Positions 18,522 through 28,871 of a stretch of 64,000 nucleotides of DNA are shown here, piece by piece (position 1 is the stretch's first letter; the number at the start of each line of letters is the position of its first letter). The stretch covers positions 33,085 through 97,084 of the forward strand of contig CAZSGP010000001.1 of the NCBI GenBank assembly GCA_964606485.1, given 5' to 3'. This DNA is from an uncultured Planctomycetia bacterium (GTDB lineage: Bacteria > Omnitrophota > Gorgyraeia > 2-02-FULL-51-18). Both the position numbers and the translations under genes were made by a program. The notes below the pieces were generated by a model, which saw only the letters and a list, made by a program, of their open reading frames with translations, was not told the origin of the DNA and ran no database searches.

Positions 18522-21500
18522 ATGCATATGAGTGGATTTTTAAAACAAAGGGTTTTGGCCCTCTGCTTAATTCTTGTTTTTGGAATTGAGCAGGCCGCTT
18601 TTTGTCTGCCCCAAGACTGGACCGTTGAAAGTGGAGACGTTAGCTTCAATGTCTCCGAAGATAACAGCATGCTTACGATCAATGCCTCGAACAACGCCAT
18701 CATTAACTTCGGAAGCTTTAATATCGGACAGGGGGAAATGGTTCAGTTTATCCAACCCGGAATGGATAGCTCAGTCCTCTCAAGAGTCACGGGTGGAGGA
18801 AGCTCAGACATCTTCGGCTCACTCTTCTCGAACGGACAGTTAGTCCTTATTAACCAAAACGGCATTACCTTCCACGACACCGCTAATGTTCAAGTCGGAA
18901 GTCTCATTGCCTCTACGCTCGACATTCAATCAAGTCTTTATCTCTCAAACCAGTTCACCTTTGAAAAACTAAACAACTCTAACCCTGCCTCTATCTTTAA
19001 CGAAGGAACCATTACAGCTCGAGACGGAGGATCTATTGCTCTGTTATCCGACCAACAAATTCTAAACTCAGGATCCATCACTGCAAACCTTGGAAGCATC
19101 GCCTTAGGTGTTGGTGAAAAACAAACCATCTCCTTTGATAACAACGGTCTAATAAATCTAATTATCGAGTCACCTATCACCACCTCCGGGGTGGGATTAG
19201 GTATCACAAACGCTAGTACGGGTCTTCTACAGGCTAACGGGGGAAGAATCAATCTCTCGGTTAAGACACTCAATGATGTGCTCGATACACTCATTAACAA
19301 CGAAGGAATAATTGAAGCCACACAGGCCGTGGAGAGAGATGGGGAGATTGTGTTTGAGGCCAATGGGATTGTGGAAACAAGAGGCACGATTTCAACGACC
19401 AACCTTTTTATAAATGACAAGACGACGCTCAATGCCCATGACACTCGTTTTAACATTGAAGGCGATTGGAATAATCACGGCGCCTTTAACGGCCAAGAGT
19501 CGACGGTGGAGTTTTTGGGAGCAAAAAATATCCACTATATTTATGGCGATTCTGATTTTTATAATCTCCAAGCCTATGGTTCTAATCGAGCCATATTTTT
19601 TGAGTCACAAAAGCTTCAAAGGGTCTATGGGAAGTTGGATCTCGTTGGTGAATTCGCGAATTTACTTAAAATTCACTCCACTGTTTTAGGGTCTCGTTAT
19701 TTCTTGGATGTTTTGGGGGATTCCCATCTTGATTTCGTGGACGTGCAAGACTCGGCACAGCTTGGCGGAGATGAAATTTTGATCACTCGTTCTCATTCGG
19801 ATGGAAATATATCTGGCTGGAATGCGGATCCTGAATGGACGAATGGAACCGGTGATGGTTTTTGGAACACGGGACTGAATTGGGACAGCGGCGTGGTTCC
19901 GGGAGGCGGCAATACGGTTACGTTTACAGGAAATACAGGTCTTTACCCACAATCCGATGGCAACATGACGCTGAACGCCAACCCAACGATTGCGAATCTC
20001 ACCATCGGCGCGGGTTACGCGGGAATATTTGATTTGAATGGAAATACGATCACCATTACGAATTCATTTACACAAAATGGCGGAACCGTGGCTGGAACGG
20101 GCGGCGGCACCATCGAAGTGCAGGCGGGAGGCGCGTCTGTTAACGGCGGCGCCGCAGGTACATGGACAGGCGGCCGACTTTTCATGAATGTTGGCGGTAG
20201 TGTGACCTGGACTCCTGGAAGTGTTTCTTGGTATGACGTACAAGCCAATCTTCCTGGCGGCGGATGCTGTGACAATTTGACGATTAACGGAGGCGATGCG
20301 CTTGTTACCAATAGCTTCACGCTCAACGGCGCAGAGCTAGCTAGCGGAAATATTAATCTTCAGGGAAATTTATTTATCGCCAACGGCGCTTATGGTGGTG
20401 GTTCCATAACCTTGATGGGAACAGGTCTTCAGGAAATTTCGCAATCAGCCGGATCTTCACCGAATGTGATTATCAATAAAGCCTCGGGCACTGCGCGCAT
20501 TGCGACCGGGTCGATTGATTACACCTTTCAAAGCGGGCGGACGTTCACAATGACGTCCACCGGAACCGGCGTTTTTGATTTGAACGGAAAAACGATGATC
20601 GTTCCTAATTTTACCCAAACCGCAGGAACCGTGACCGACTCTGTGGGTGGGGGGATCTTGCGGGTGACCGGCGCCATGACCGGTGTGGCCGGCAGTTGGA
20701 CGGCCGGCTCCATGGACTTAAATAATGCCGGCAATTTTACCTGGACGCCCGGATCAACTTCCTACTATGACGTGAGCGTTCATCTCCCAGGTGGCGGTTG
20801 CTGCGATAATCTCACTGTTTCCGGAGGCAGCGCAAATGTCACCCATGATCTTACGCTGAATAGCGTTGAAATCAGCTCAGGGAATATCAATGTTCAAAGA
20901 AATCTCATCATGACGGCCAACGTCGCCGGAGGCGCAGGCAGTGTCACATTAAACGGTACCGGAGCTCAAACAATTAGCCAGGGAGCCGGCGGTTCGGCGC
21001 CAAATATCACGATCAATAAAGCCTCTGGCGTGGCATCCATTGACAGCGGTTCTTCGGATATTTCGCTTCAAAGCGGAAGAACGTTTACGATTACGGACAC
21101 AGGATCTGGAAATTTCGATTTGAATAATAAACTCTTAATCACCCCGCACTTTGTGCAAACCGCGGGCACCGTAGCCGGAACAGGCGGTGGCACATTGCGT
21201 GTGACGCAGCCCGGCGGCACGAGTGGTGTTGCGGGGACGTGGACCGGCGGGACACTTCATCTTAACCAAGGTGGAAATTTTGACTGGACTCCCGGCAATG
21301 TAAATTATTACAACGTGAACGTTGATTTTTATGGCGGCGGCTGTTGTGACACCTTTCGATTATTGGGCGGAAGTCAGACAGCTGTTATCACCAATAATCT
21401 TACATTAACGGGTGGCGAATATATGGCGGGGATCTTTGATGTGAGAGGAAATATCACGACTGCCGCAGGCTGGGCGGGTGGCATTGCCTGGTTTACGTTG

Positions 21501-24500
21501 TCAGGCTCCAATAACCAAACGATTGATTTCTCTTTAGGCAATGATCCGGACGGAAATTTTACGATCAATAAATCGGCCGGAACCGTCTCTCTGCTCTCTG
21601 ATTGGGTCTTGGACACGGCGGGTCAGGATTTAACAATCACTTCCGGTGCGCTGGATCTTGATGGGCACAATTTAACGGTGAATGATCAATTTACGATAGG
21701 CGACAACGGGATTTTAAGATTGCTGGGGAGTGAAACCGTTTCAGCGATCGACGCCAACACCGGAACAATTGTTTTTGACGCGCCGGGCGGAGGAGCGCTT
21801 CCCGGAATACCAGGAGGTGCAGGCTCTTACTACGGGGTTGGTTTCGCCGGAGCGGGAAGTTGGACGCTTGGAGCAGATCTTAATATTTCAGGAAATTTCT
21901 TACTTCAAGATACGGCAACGGTCAATTTCCAAAACCACAATCTTGCAATGGGCGGCAGTTTCCAAAAATCAGCGGGGTCTACTCTCAGCAATCTTGGCCT
22001 AACCACGCTCAATGCCACTGGGTTGGCCGCCGCTAAAACGATTACGACGAATGGATATAATTTTTCCAATATGACGGTCAATGGCGCCAATCGTCAGTGG
22101 GATATGCAAGATCAATTGCATGTCACCGGAGATTTGAATATTATTGCCGGTACTTTAAATCTAGCTGGCAGTAATTTAGTGGTCGACAGCACGTTTACCA
22201 ACAACGGAACGCTAGCGATGATCGGTGCTGAAACCGTTTCGAGCATCGATGCCGGAAATGTCAGCGTTTCTTACACCGGCACCGGAACCTACAATAGCCT
22301 TTCACTCGGAAATTCCTACTACAACCTGACGTTTAACGGAGCCGGAACCTGGAATTTAAATTCAGATCTCACGGTGACCAATGACCTCACGCTGACACAA
22401 GGGACACTCGATTTGAATAGCCGCAATTTAGCGGTGACGAATAATTTTGTCGTGGGCGCTTCGGGAAATTTAAGACTGCAGGGCAGCGAAACGGTCTCTG
22501 CAATCGACACCAATAACGGAACTGTTACTTATTATGGAGCTGGAAATTACACGGCCGCTTCGGGCGGTCTCGTGACAGGCGACACGTATAATAATTTAGT
22601 GTTTAACGGTCCCGGAACTTGGGAGCTCGATAATAATCTGACTGTGAATAATAATCTTACCCTTACTCAAGGAACGGTGGATATTAATGCGCACAATCTC
22701 GCCGTCACGACGAATTTTAGTATCGGAGCCACCGGAAATTTACGCCTACAAGGCGCTGAAACTGTTTCAACGATAAACACCAACAACGGAACCGTGACTT
22801 ACGACGGCGCCGGGAATTACACCGCAGCGGCGGGAGGGCTTGTCGCGGGCGACACCTATAACAATCTGGTATTTAATGGTTCGGGAACTTGGGCTCTGGA
22901 CAATAATCTTACTGTGAATAACAGTCTGACGCTCACACAAGGCACGCTGGATTTGGAAGGACGCAATCTCAGTGTTACCGGCACTTTTTCTAACGACGCG
23001 GCACTTCGACTTCAAAATACCGAAACGATCACCTTCACCAGCGGCTTCGATACGAACTCTGGTACCGTTATTTACGACGGGGCTGGCACCTACGGAGCTT
23101 TACGGGCGGCGATGGGAAATGATTATCACAATCTGACACTGACCGGTGCGGGTACATATAATTTGGGTGGCGTGATCAACGTGGAAGGGGATTTCTCTAA
23201 CACAGCCACTCTGAATCACTCCGGCACTCTAATTTTAGACAATGCGAGCGTCACCTCTAATATCAACGGCTCAAGCACATTTAATAATCTCACCATTAAT
23301 GCGGGTAAGACTGTTCGTTTTGCGGCGGCAACAACAACGTCGGTCACCGGAACATTCTCCGCTCAAGGTGTGGCTCTTAACCAGATCACTCTTTCTAGTC
23401 AAACGCCGGGTCAAACCTGGAACATCAATCCGAACGCCCCAGGAGCACTCTTAGATTATCTGAATATTCAAGATTCGATCAACACATCGGGAGTTTTGCT
23501 AAATCCGGCAAACTCGGTGAATCTTGGCAATACGACGCTTTGGTTCCCGGTCCCGGTGGTTGCGGATCAAAATACTGCCTCGGTAAGTCAGGGGGTTATC
23601 GCGATTCAAGACTCAATTAATATCACACAGCCCTCAAATACCGCCCCAGTTGTTTCAGATAACACGCAGCAGCCAGCAGCTTCCCCGGTGTCCGAACCCC
23701 AGCCGGAGGAGCAGCCTGTTTCCTCAGAATCTAAAGTAGAGAGCGACCCCAGTGCGGAGCCTGCAGTGGTGGAGGCCAGCACCGAAACCAAGAAGGAAGA
23801 GAAGAAAGATGAGGAGCAGGCTAGCGAAAGCGAAGAGCCCGCGCAAGAAACCAAGCAGACAGACTCAAAAGAAAACAAGCCTTCAGCAGCAGCGCAGTCT
23901 GTGGAAGTACCGCAAGAGCATCTCCAAGAGCCGATGACAAAAAGTGATCCATTTGATTTTGATAAAACGCTTCAATTCGGTAAAAAAGGCGAAGATTATA
24001 TTTCGGCAAATACCAGCGAAGTAGACGTGAACGAGGGCTCGGTGACCGTGAATGGGCATTTGGTGTACGACGGTGAAAAAGCTTATGTTAAAAATTTTAG
24101 GGACGATCAACGTAACACCGTTTCCACTTCGACCGCGCTTCACATGAGAGGGGTTTATATTGTGACGAGCGAGGGTATGGATGTACTGAGAGCCAAAGTC
24201 CACCAGCCGCTCAATACTCATAATACCGCGTCACCTCTCGTGGATATCGCTGAGTCGAATCAAAAAAATGAAGTTTATTTATTTTCGAAAGGCAAACAGC
24301 TGTCGGTGATGAATACCAATTCTTTCAATGTGAAAGATTATCCGGTTTTAAAAGAGGGTTCGTCCGATGCCCTGATAAGTCCCGACGATAAACAAGCGTT
24401 CGTCACGAACGCCTTTACGGATGAGGTGACGGTTTTAAATTTAAAAGACCATTCCAAAGCACAAACCTTTGAATCTGGAGCGATGCCGCTTCAAGCCACA

Positions 24501-25031
24501 ATTTCAAATGACGGACGCAATCTCTTCGTGTCCAATACGCTCGACGGAACCGTTTCAAAAATTGATTCAAAAACCGGAAAAATGTTAAACACGTTTCAAG
24601 CGGGCACTCTGCCTTATGGGCTTTATGTTTCCAAAAACGGCGAGACGCTTTTTGCATCCGATTATAAAGAGGGCGTTGTGAGAGTGCTAGATACGACATC
24701 CGGAATCGAAAAAGCGAAGATTTCTGTCGGCGACGGGCCGTATTTGCTGGAAGCGGACGCCAAAGAGAACATTCTCCTCGTTTCAAACCGCAAAGATAAC
24801 ACCGTCTCTGTGATTGATATGGCGACGCTGACGGAGCGCACCAAGATTTCAGTTGGGGATCGTCCAATGGGCATGGCCATTACCCCAGAAGGTGATAAAG
24901 CATACGTCGCCAATCAACTGTCCAATACGGTTTCTTTGATTGATCTCAAATCCAACCGGGTTTTAGAAAATATTCCGACTGACTCGGCGCCCTCGCGAAT
25001 TCTTATCGGGGGTCATAAGGAGAAGGGCTGA
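18522..25031 (+). CDS. giant secreted TPS-domain exoprotein (TpsA-like adhesin) with beta-helix repeats, acidic Pro/Glu/Ser linker and C-terminal YVTN beta-propeller
   Basis: Signal peptide, then the filamentous-hemagglutinin N-terminal (TPS) domain with SVLSRVTGGGSSDIFGSLFSNGQLVLINQNGITF (NPNGI-type motif). Long Asn/Thr/Gly-rich parallel beta-helix repeats follow. The EPQPEEQP...KKEEKKDEEQ linker is followed by at least five YVTN-type propeller repeats (AFVTNAFTDEVTV, LFVSNTLDGTVSKID, AYVANQLSNTVSLID). Confidence 0.9.
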   Translation: MHMSGFLKQRVLALCLILVFGIEQAAFCLPQDWTVESGDVSFNVSEDNSMLTINASNNAIINFGSFNIGQGEMVQFIQPGMDSSVLSRVTGGGSSDIFGSLFSNGQLVLINQNGITFHDTANVQVGSLIASTLDIQSSLYLSNQFTFEKLNNSNPASIFNEGTITARDGGSIALLSDQQILNSGSITANLGSIALGVGEKQTISFDNNGLINLIIESPITTSGVGLGITNASTGLLQANGGRINLSVKTLNDVLDTLINNEGIIEATQAVERDGEIVFEANGIVETRGTISTTNLFINDKTTLNAHDTRFNIEGDWNNHGAFNGQESTVEFLGAKNIHYIYGDSDFYNLQAYGSNRAIFFESQKLQRVYGKLDLVGEFANLLKIHSTVLGSRYFLDVLGDSHLDFVDVQDSAQLGGDEILITRSHSDGNISGWNADPEWTNGTGDGFWNTGLNWDSGVVPGGGNTVTFTGNTGLYPQSDGNMTLNANPTIANLTIGAGYAGIFDLNGNTITITNSFTQNGGTVAGTGGGTIEVQAGGASVNGGAAGTWTGGRLFMNVGGSVTWTPGSVSWYDVQANLPGGGCCDNLTINGGDALVTNSFTLNGAELASGNINLQGNLFIANGAYGGGSITLMGTGLQEISQSAGSSPNVIINKASGTARIATGSIDYTFQSGRTFTMTSTGTGVFDLNGKTMIVPNFTQTAGTVTDSVGGGILRVTGAMTGVAGSWTAGSMDLNNAGNFTWTPGSTSYYDVSVHLPGGGCCDNLTVSGGSANVTHDLTLNSVEISSGNINVQRNLIMTANVAGGAGSVTLNGTGAQTISQGAGGSAPNITINKASGVASIDSGSSDISLQSGRTFTITDTGSGNFDLNNKLLITPHFVQTAGTVAGTGGGTLRVTQPGGTSGVAGTWTGGTLHLNQGGNFDWTPGNVNYYNVNVDFYGGGCCDTFRLLGGSQTAVITNNLTLTGGEYMAGIFDVRGNITTAAGWAGGIAWFTLSGSNNQTIDFSLGNDPDGNFTINKSAGTVSLLSDWVLDTAGQDLTITSGALDLDGHNLTVNDQFTIGDNGILRLLGSETVSAIDANTGTIVFDAPGGGALPGIPGGAGSYYGVGFAGAGSWTLGADLNISGNFLLQDTATVNFQNHNLAMGGSFQKSAGSTLSNLGLTTLNATGLAAAKTITTNGYNFSNMTVNGANRQWDMQDQLHVTGDLNIIAGTLNLAGSNLVVDSTFTNNGTLAMIGAETVSSIDAGNVSVSYTGTGTYNSLSLGNSYYNLTFNGAGTWNLNSDLTVTNDLTLTQGTLDLNSRNLAVTNNFVVGASGNLRLQGSETVSAIDTNNGTVTYYGAGNYTAASGGLVTGDTYNNLVFNGPGTWELDNNLTVNNNLTLTQGTVDINAHNLAVTTNFSIGATGNLRLQGAETVSTINTNNGTVTYDGAGNYTAAAGGLVAGDTYNNLVFNGSGTWALDNNLTVNNSLTLTQGTLDLEGRNLSVTGTFSNDAALRLQNTETITFTSGFDTNSGTVIYDGAGTYGALRAAMGNDYHNLTLTGAGTYNLGGVINVEGDFSNTATLNHSGTLILDNASVTSNINGSSTFNNLTINAGKTVRFAAATTTSVTGTFSAQGVALNQITLSSQTPGQTWNINPNAPGALLDYLNIQDSINTSGVLLNPANSVNLGNTTLWFPVPVVADQNTASVSQGVIAIQDSINITQPSNTAPVVSDNTQQPAASPVSEPQPEEQPVSSESKVESDPSAEPAVVEASTETKKEEKKDEEQASESEEPAQETKQTDSKENKPSAAAQSVEVPQEHLQEPMTKSDPFDFDKTLQFGKKGEDYISANTSEVDVNEGSVTVNGHLVYDGEKAYVKNFRDDQRNTVSTSTALHMRGVYIVTSEGMDVLRAKVHQPLNTHNTASPLVDIAESNQKNEVYLFSKGKQLSVMNTNSFNVKDYPVLKEGSSDALISPDDKQAFVTNAFTDEVTVLNLKDHSKAQTFESGAMPLQATISNDGRNLFVSNTLDGTVSKIDSKTGKMLNTFQAGTLPYGLYVSKNGETLFASDYKEGVVRVLDTTSGIEKAKISVGDGPYLLEADAKENILLVSNRKDNTVSVIDMATLTERTKISVGDRPMGMAITPEGDKAYVANQLSNTVSLIDLKSNRVLENIPTDSAPSRILIGGHKEKG
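20028..21654 (+). repeat. three in-frame 540-nt (180-aa) coding repeats inside the exoprotein gene, each with a GGGCCD vicinal-Cys motif
   Basis: Repeat units start FDLNG(N/K) at about 20028, 20574 and 21114. Each contains WTPG...YYDV...GGGCCD. They are diverged at about 50% aa identity. Confidence 0.85.
22317..23126 (+). repeat. three tandem in-frame 270-nt (90-aa) repeats (YNNLVFNG-PGTW...NLTLTQGT-DL...NLAVT...NLRLQG-ETVS...NNGTVTY-GAGNYTAA) with more degenerate copies upstream from about 21780
   Basis: Direct reading of the translated ORF shows units beginning near 22317, 22587 and 22857. They share about 75% aa identity. Confidence 0.85.
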
Positions 25032-25056
25032 TTGCCTAGTGTGATATAATTCACTC

Positions 25057-25959
25057 ATGAGAAAATCAACTCTGTGGATTATTATTCTCGGCACTCTCAT
25101 TTCATCGCATGCATCCGCTTTCAAGCTTTCCGGTTTTGAAACTCCCGAAAGTTTTCTGGTGGACCCCGAAGATGGTTCTTATTACGTATCCAATATTAGC
25201 GGCGACCCTCTTGCTAAAGATTCAAATGGCTACATCTCTAAAATTACAGCCAACGGAAACACAGTGGTCCAAAAATTTATCGGCGAAAAGAAAGACGAAA
25301 TGCCGCTACACGCCCCGAAGGGCCTGCTCATCAGCGGAAAAATTCTTTTTGTCACTGACATCGATACGGTAAAAGGGTTTTACAAATCAAACGGAAAGCC
25401 CGCGGTACTCGTTGATTTGGCCGGTTGGAATGTGACGTTTCTAAATGATCTTGCCATGGATAAAGACGGGCTAATTTATGTGAGCGACATGCTCGCCAAC
25501 CGGATTTTTTCGATTAACCCCAAAAAAAATTACGAAGTGAAACTATTCAAGTCCGGTCCGGAACTCGGAAACCCAAACGGCTTAATGGTGAATCCTAAAA
25601 CCAAGTATTTGATGGTGGTGACATGGGGATCCGGTCAGATTTTGGAAATTGACCGTCGCACCGGAAAAGTGTTTGTGGTTAAAAAGGGTCTGATGGGTCT
25701 CGATGGAATTGATTCTGACGGAGAAGGAAATCTTTACGTCTCTAGTTTCCAAAAAGGGGAAATTTATAAAATTCCGAATCTTGGCCGCGGGACGCTCACC
25801 ACTTTCGAGGGGGGTCTTAAGACGCCGGCCGATATTTCTTTTGACCGCAAACGCAAAGAAGTTCTAGTGCCGTCTTTCGAAGGAAACACGGTGGAAACTG
25901 TTCCGGTGGTTCCAGTTAAAAAGGCCGAAAAAAGTAAGGATCTTAAGGTAGTAGAGTAG
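25057..25959 (+). CDS. secreted beta-propeller protein (SMP-30/gluconolactonase/NHL-like)
   Basis: Signal peptide MRKSTLWIIILGTLISSHASA. Repeated YVS / DG blade-like motifs. The family assignment is tentative. Confidence 0.6.
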   Translation: MRKSTLWIIILGTLISSHASAFKLSGFETPESFLVDPEDGSYYVSNISGDPLAKDSNGYISKITANGNTVVQKFIGEKKDEMPLHAPKGLLISGKILFVTDIDTVKGFYKSNGKPAVLVDLAGWNVTFLNDLAMDKDGLIYVSDMLANRIFSINPKKNYEVKLFKSGPELGNPNGLMVNPKTKYLMVVTWGSGQILEIDRRTGKVFVVKKGLMGLDGIDSDGEGNLYVSSFQKGEIYKIPNLGRGTLTTFEGGLKTPADISFDRKRKEVLVPSFEGNTVETVPVVPVKKAEKSKDLKVVE

Positions 25960-27367
25960 ATTCGATCGCGCGCTGACTAAACGCGATGAGTTCGTTTGGA
26001 AAGATTCCCAAGATCACAATTCCCGCAAAAAGCAGAATCCCTAAAATCTTAGCCCCCGTGCAAAGCTTGATCTCTGAGCTAGTTTTGGGCTTTTCAAGAT
26101 AAGCGTGTTTGACGAGTGTGAGATAGTAAAAAAGCGAAACCACGCTATTCAGAACGCCCCATAGCACTAAAAACCAATGCCCTTTGTCCATAGAGGCGGA
26201 GAACAAAATCCATTTACCTGTGAAGCCGACAAGCGGGGGAATGCCCGCAAGCGACAATAAGCTCAGCAAAAGAATCAGTGCGGTGAAGGGTGATTTTTCG
26301 GCCAAACCATCAAAGTGAGAAACCTGCGGGTTGTCGGTATTTTCAGCGCGCGAGACGACGAGTACAGTGAAAAATGCTCCGGTGTTCATGAGCACGTAGG
26401 CGACGGCATAAAAAAAGCTCGAGGTATACGCTTCAAAACTTCCAGCGAGCAAGCCCACTAAAATGTAACCCGCTTGCGCGATGCTTGAGTAGGCTAGAAT
26501 TCTTTTCACATCCGTCTGGACGAGGGCGGCAGCGTTACCAAGCGTCATCGATACAAACGCGATCACGCCAAGCATAGAAATAAGATTCGGCGAAAGCCCT
26601 AAGAAAATAAAAACACGAATGATAATGGCCACCGCTGCGGCCTTCGAGGCTGTGGCGATGAGTGTTGTGACAGGCGTGGCCGATGCTTCGTATACATCCG
26701 GCGCCCAGAAGTGAAACGGCGCTGCGGAGAGCTTAAAGAAAAACGAAAATAGTACAAAAATAAATCCAAGCACAAACGCGGGTTGCGTCATGTGTGCTGT
26801 GATGTGCGAAGAGATTTCTGGAAGTGATACGCTGCCGGAGACCCCAGCCATTAAACTCATGCCCCAGAGTAAAATGCCGCTTGTGGCTGCACCGAAAATT
26901 AAATATTTCGAGCTAGACTCCGCCACGCGGTAGTCCTTGCGAAGTGCCGATAGAAGGTAGAGCGAGTAGGATGAAAGTTCGAGTGAGACGTAAAGAGTTA
27001 AGAAATTCACGGCACTTGTCATCATCATCATTCCGAGTGTGGCTGTGGTTGCAAAAAGGAAATACTCCCCTCGGCGATGATCCGGAATCGAAATCGAGCT
27101 TTTCGTGAGAGCGAGCACCAAACAAAGGGCGAGTGCTAAAAGCGCTTTAAAGCCCTGCGATAAAAGGTCAATGCGGTATGTTCCTGAAAATAGAGTGATG
27201 GAGTATTGAAAGGTGTAAAAACAAACCCCGAGTGTGACGAGAGCTAGGCCTAGCAGAACCCCATTTTGAGATTTGCAGGAGCTGTCTTTTTTGACAACGA
27301 GGCCGATCAAGGTCATTGTCATCATGGCGGATAGTAAAATTTCAGGAAGCAGTGCCAATAGTTTCAT
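25943..27367 (-). CDS. nuoN: NADH-quinone oxidoreductase subunit N
   Basis: 474-aa antiporter-like subunit at the distal end of the nuo operon. Supported by operon order. Confidence 0.9.
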   Translation of the reverse strand: MKLLALLPEILLSAMMTMTLIGLVVKKDSSCKSQNGVLLGLALVTLGVCFYTFQYSITLFSGTYRIDLLSQGFKALLALALCLVLALTKSSISIPDHRRGEYFLFATTATLGMMMMTSAVNFLTLYVSLELSSYSLYLLSALRKDYRVAESSSKYLIFGAATSGILLWGMSLMAGVSGSVSLPEISSHITAHMTQPAFVLGFIFVLFSFFFKLSAAPFHFWAPDVYEASATPVTTLIATASKAAAVAIIIRVFIFLGLSPNLISMLGVIAFVSMTLGNAAALVQTDVKRILAYSSIAQAGYILVGLLAGSFEAYTSSFFYAVAYVLMNTGAFFTVLVVSRAENTDNPQVSHFDGLAEKSPFTALILLLSLLSLAGIPPLVGFTGKWILFSASMDKGHWFLVLWGVLNSVVSLFYYLTLVKHAYLEKPKTSSEIKLCTGAKILGILLFAGIVILGIFPNELIAFSQRAIESTLLP

Positions 27368-27373
27368 ATTCGT

Positions 27374-28831
27374 TTAAGCCCCTAGTAGCGCCCGAGTGGA
27401 CACTTGAATCCAATTAATGAAAATTTGCGGAAAAAGACCGAAGAAAATAAGACAGCCCACGAGAATAGCGCGCGGGATAAATTGAAACCCGTTAATGTCC
27501 TTGAAATCTGAATGGTGGTGGTTGACCGGACCATAAAAAACTTTTTGAATGGCGGTGAGCACATAATACGCGGTGATGAGGAGCGCAATGATGGACGTGA
27601 TTCCAATCACCGGATACTTTTCAACCGCGGCAATCGTGACGAGAAGTTCTGCCACAAAACTACCCATGCCCGGAAGCCCTAGACCGCAGAGACCGGCAAT
27701 GATGAAAAAGGCTGAGATCTTCGGCGCTTGCTTCGAGAGACCGCCCAGTTCGCTGAGCATGCGGGTGTGGCAACCGTCGTAAATAAAACCGACGCATGCG
27801 AAGAAAAGTGCGGTCATGATGCCGTGAGAGAACATTTGAAGAATCGCGCCATTAAAGCCAGCCGACGTCATGGTAGCAATTCCGAGTAGCACAATGCCCA
27901 TGTGGCTTACACTTGAGTAGCCGATAATGTATTTCATGTCTTTTTGCTGAGTGGCCACGAACGCGCCGTAAACAATGTTGCAGAGCGCGAGCCACGCCGT
28001 AAATTCGGCCCAGTGACGCGCGCCTTCCGGCAAGAGATACACCGCAACGCGTAAAATTCCGAATGCCCCAAGCTTCATAAGCACACCCGCGTGCAACATG
28101 CTTGCCGCAGTGGGGGCTGCCACGTGACCATCTGGCGACCACACGTGAAACGGGAAGCAGGCGGCTAGCACACCAAAGCCCACAAAGAGAGCCAGATATA
28201 AAATATTTTGAACCTGAGGCGTAAAGACCACATTTTCCTTAAGGAGCACAAGATCAAATGTATGGGAGCCGGGAAGCGAGTACATGTAAAGGAAGCCGGC
28301 GAACATCAGCGCGCTTCCAAGTAGGAGATACAACGTAAGTTTCATTGCAGCGTATTGTTTATTGGTCGAACCCCAGACCACGATTAAAAGGTACATCGGG
28401 ATCACGGCAATTTCATAAAAGAGAAAGAAGAAGAAAAGATTCGTTGTCATGAACACCCCGAACACGCCCGCGACCAAAAAGAGCATGTTCGCAAAAAAGT
28501 CTTTCACGCGGTAAGTGACGCTCCAGGAAACCAAAATGCCGCAGAAGATGACGATGGAAGTCAGAAGAATCATCGAAACGTTCAACCCATCGACGGCATT
28601 GGAGTAATTGATGCCGTAACTTGGAATCCAGGTGACATTTTCAACGAACTGGAAAGCACTGCTCGCCGAATTAAATTTAAAACATAGGATAATCGACAGA
28701 ACAAGAGTTGCTGCGGCTGAGATGAGCGAAGTGACTTTGATCAAGGTCTCGCATTTACGGGGCATGAGAAGCACCGCAAAAAGACCCACCACTGGACACA
28801 AAAGAATCGTTGTTAAAATCGGAAAACCCAT
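27374..28831 (-). CDS. nuoM: NADH-quinone oxidoreductase subunit M
   Basis: 485-aa Mrp-antiporter-like subunit. Supported by operon order. Confidence 0.9.
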   Translation of the reverse strand: MGFPILTTILLCPVVGLFAVLLMPRKCETLIKVTSLISAAATLVLSIILCFKFNSASSAFQFVENVTWIPSYGINYSNAVDGLNVSMILLTSIVIFCGILVSWSVTYRVKDFFANMLFLVAGVFGVFMTTNLFFFFLFYEIAVIPMYLLIVVWGSTNKQYAAMKLTLYLLLGSALMFAGFLYMYSLPGSHTFDLVLLKENVVFTPQVQNILYLALFVGFGVLAACFPFHVWSPDGHVAAPTAASMLHAGVLMKLGAFGILRVAVYLLPEGARHWAEFTAWLALCNIVYGAFVATQQKDMKYIIGYSSVSHMGIVLLGIATMTSAGFNGAILQMFSHGIMTALFFACVGFIYDGCHTRMLSELGGLSKQAPKISAFFIIAGLCGLGLPGMGSFVAELLVTIAAVEKYPVIGITSIIALLITAYYVLTAIQKVFYGPVNHHHSDFKDINGFQFIPRAILVGCLIFFGLFPQIFINWIQVSTRALLGA

Positions 28832-28871
28832 CGCTACCTTTCTGTCATTCCCGCGTAGGCGGGAATCTAAA

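Noticed and set aside
20028-23126. Periodic direct repeats considered as a possible CRISPR array
   Set aside because: The units are 270 and 540 nt, in-frame, diverged and protein-coding, with no short repeat-spacer architecture. No CRISPR array was found anywhere in the window.
18938-24867. Many minus-strand ORFs (up to 172 aa) across the giant exoprotein gene
   Set aside because: The repetitive, GC-skewed coding repeats generate long open antisense frames. The plus-strand frame has coherent domain architecture throughout.
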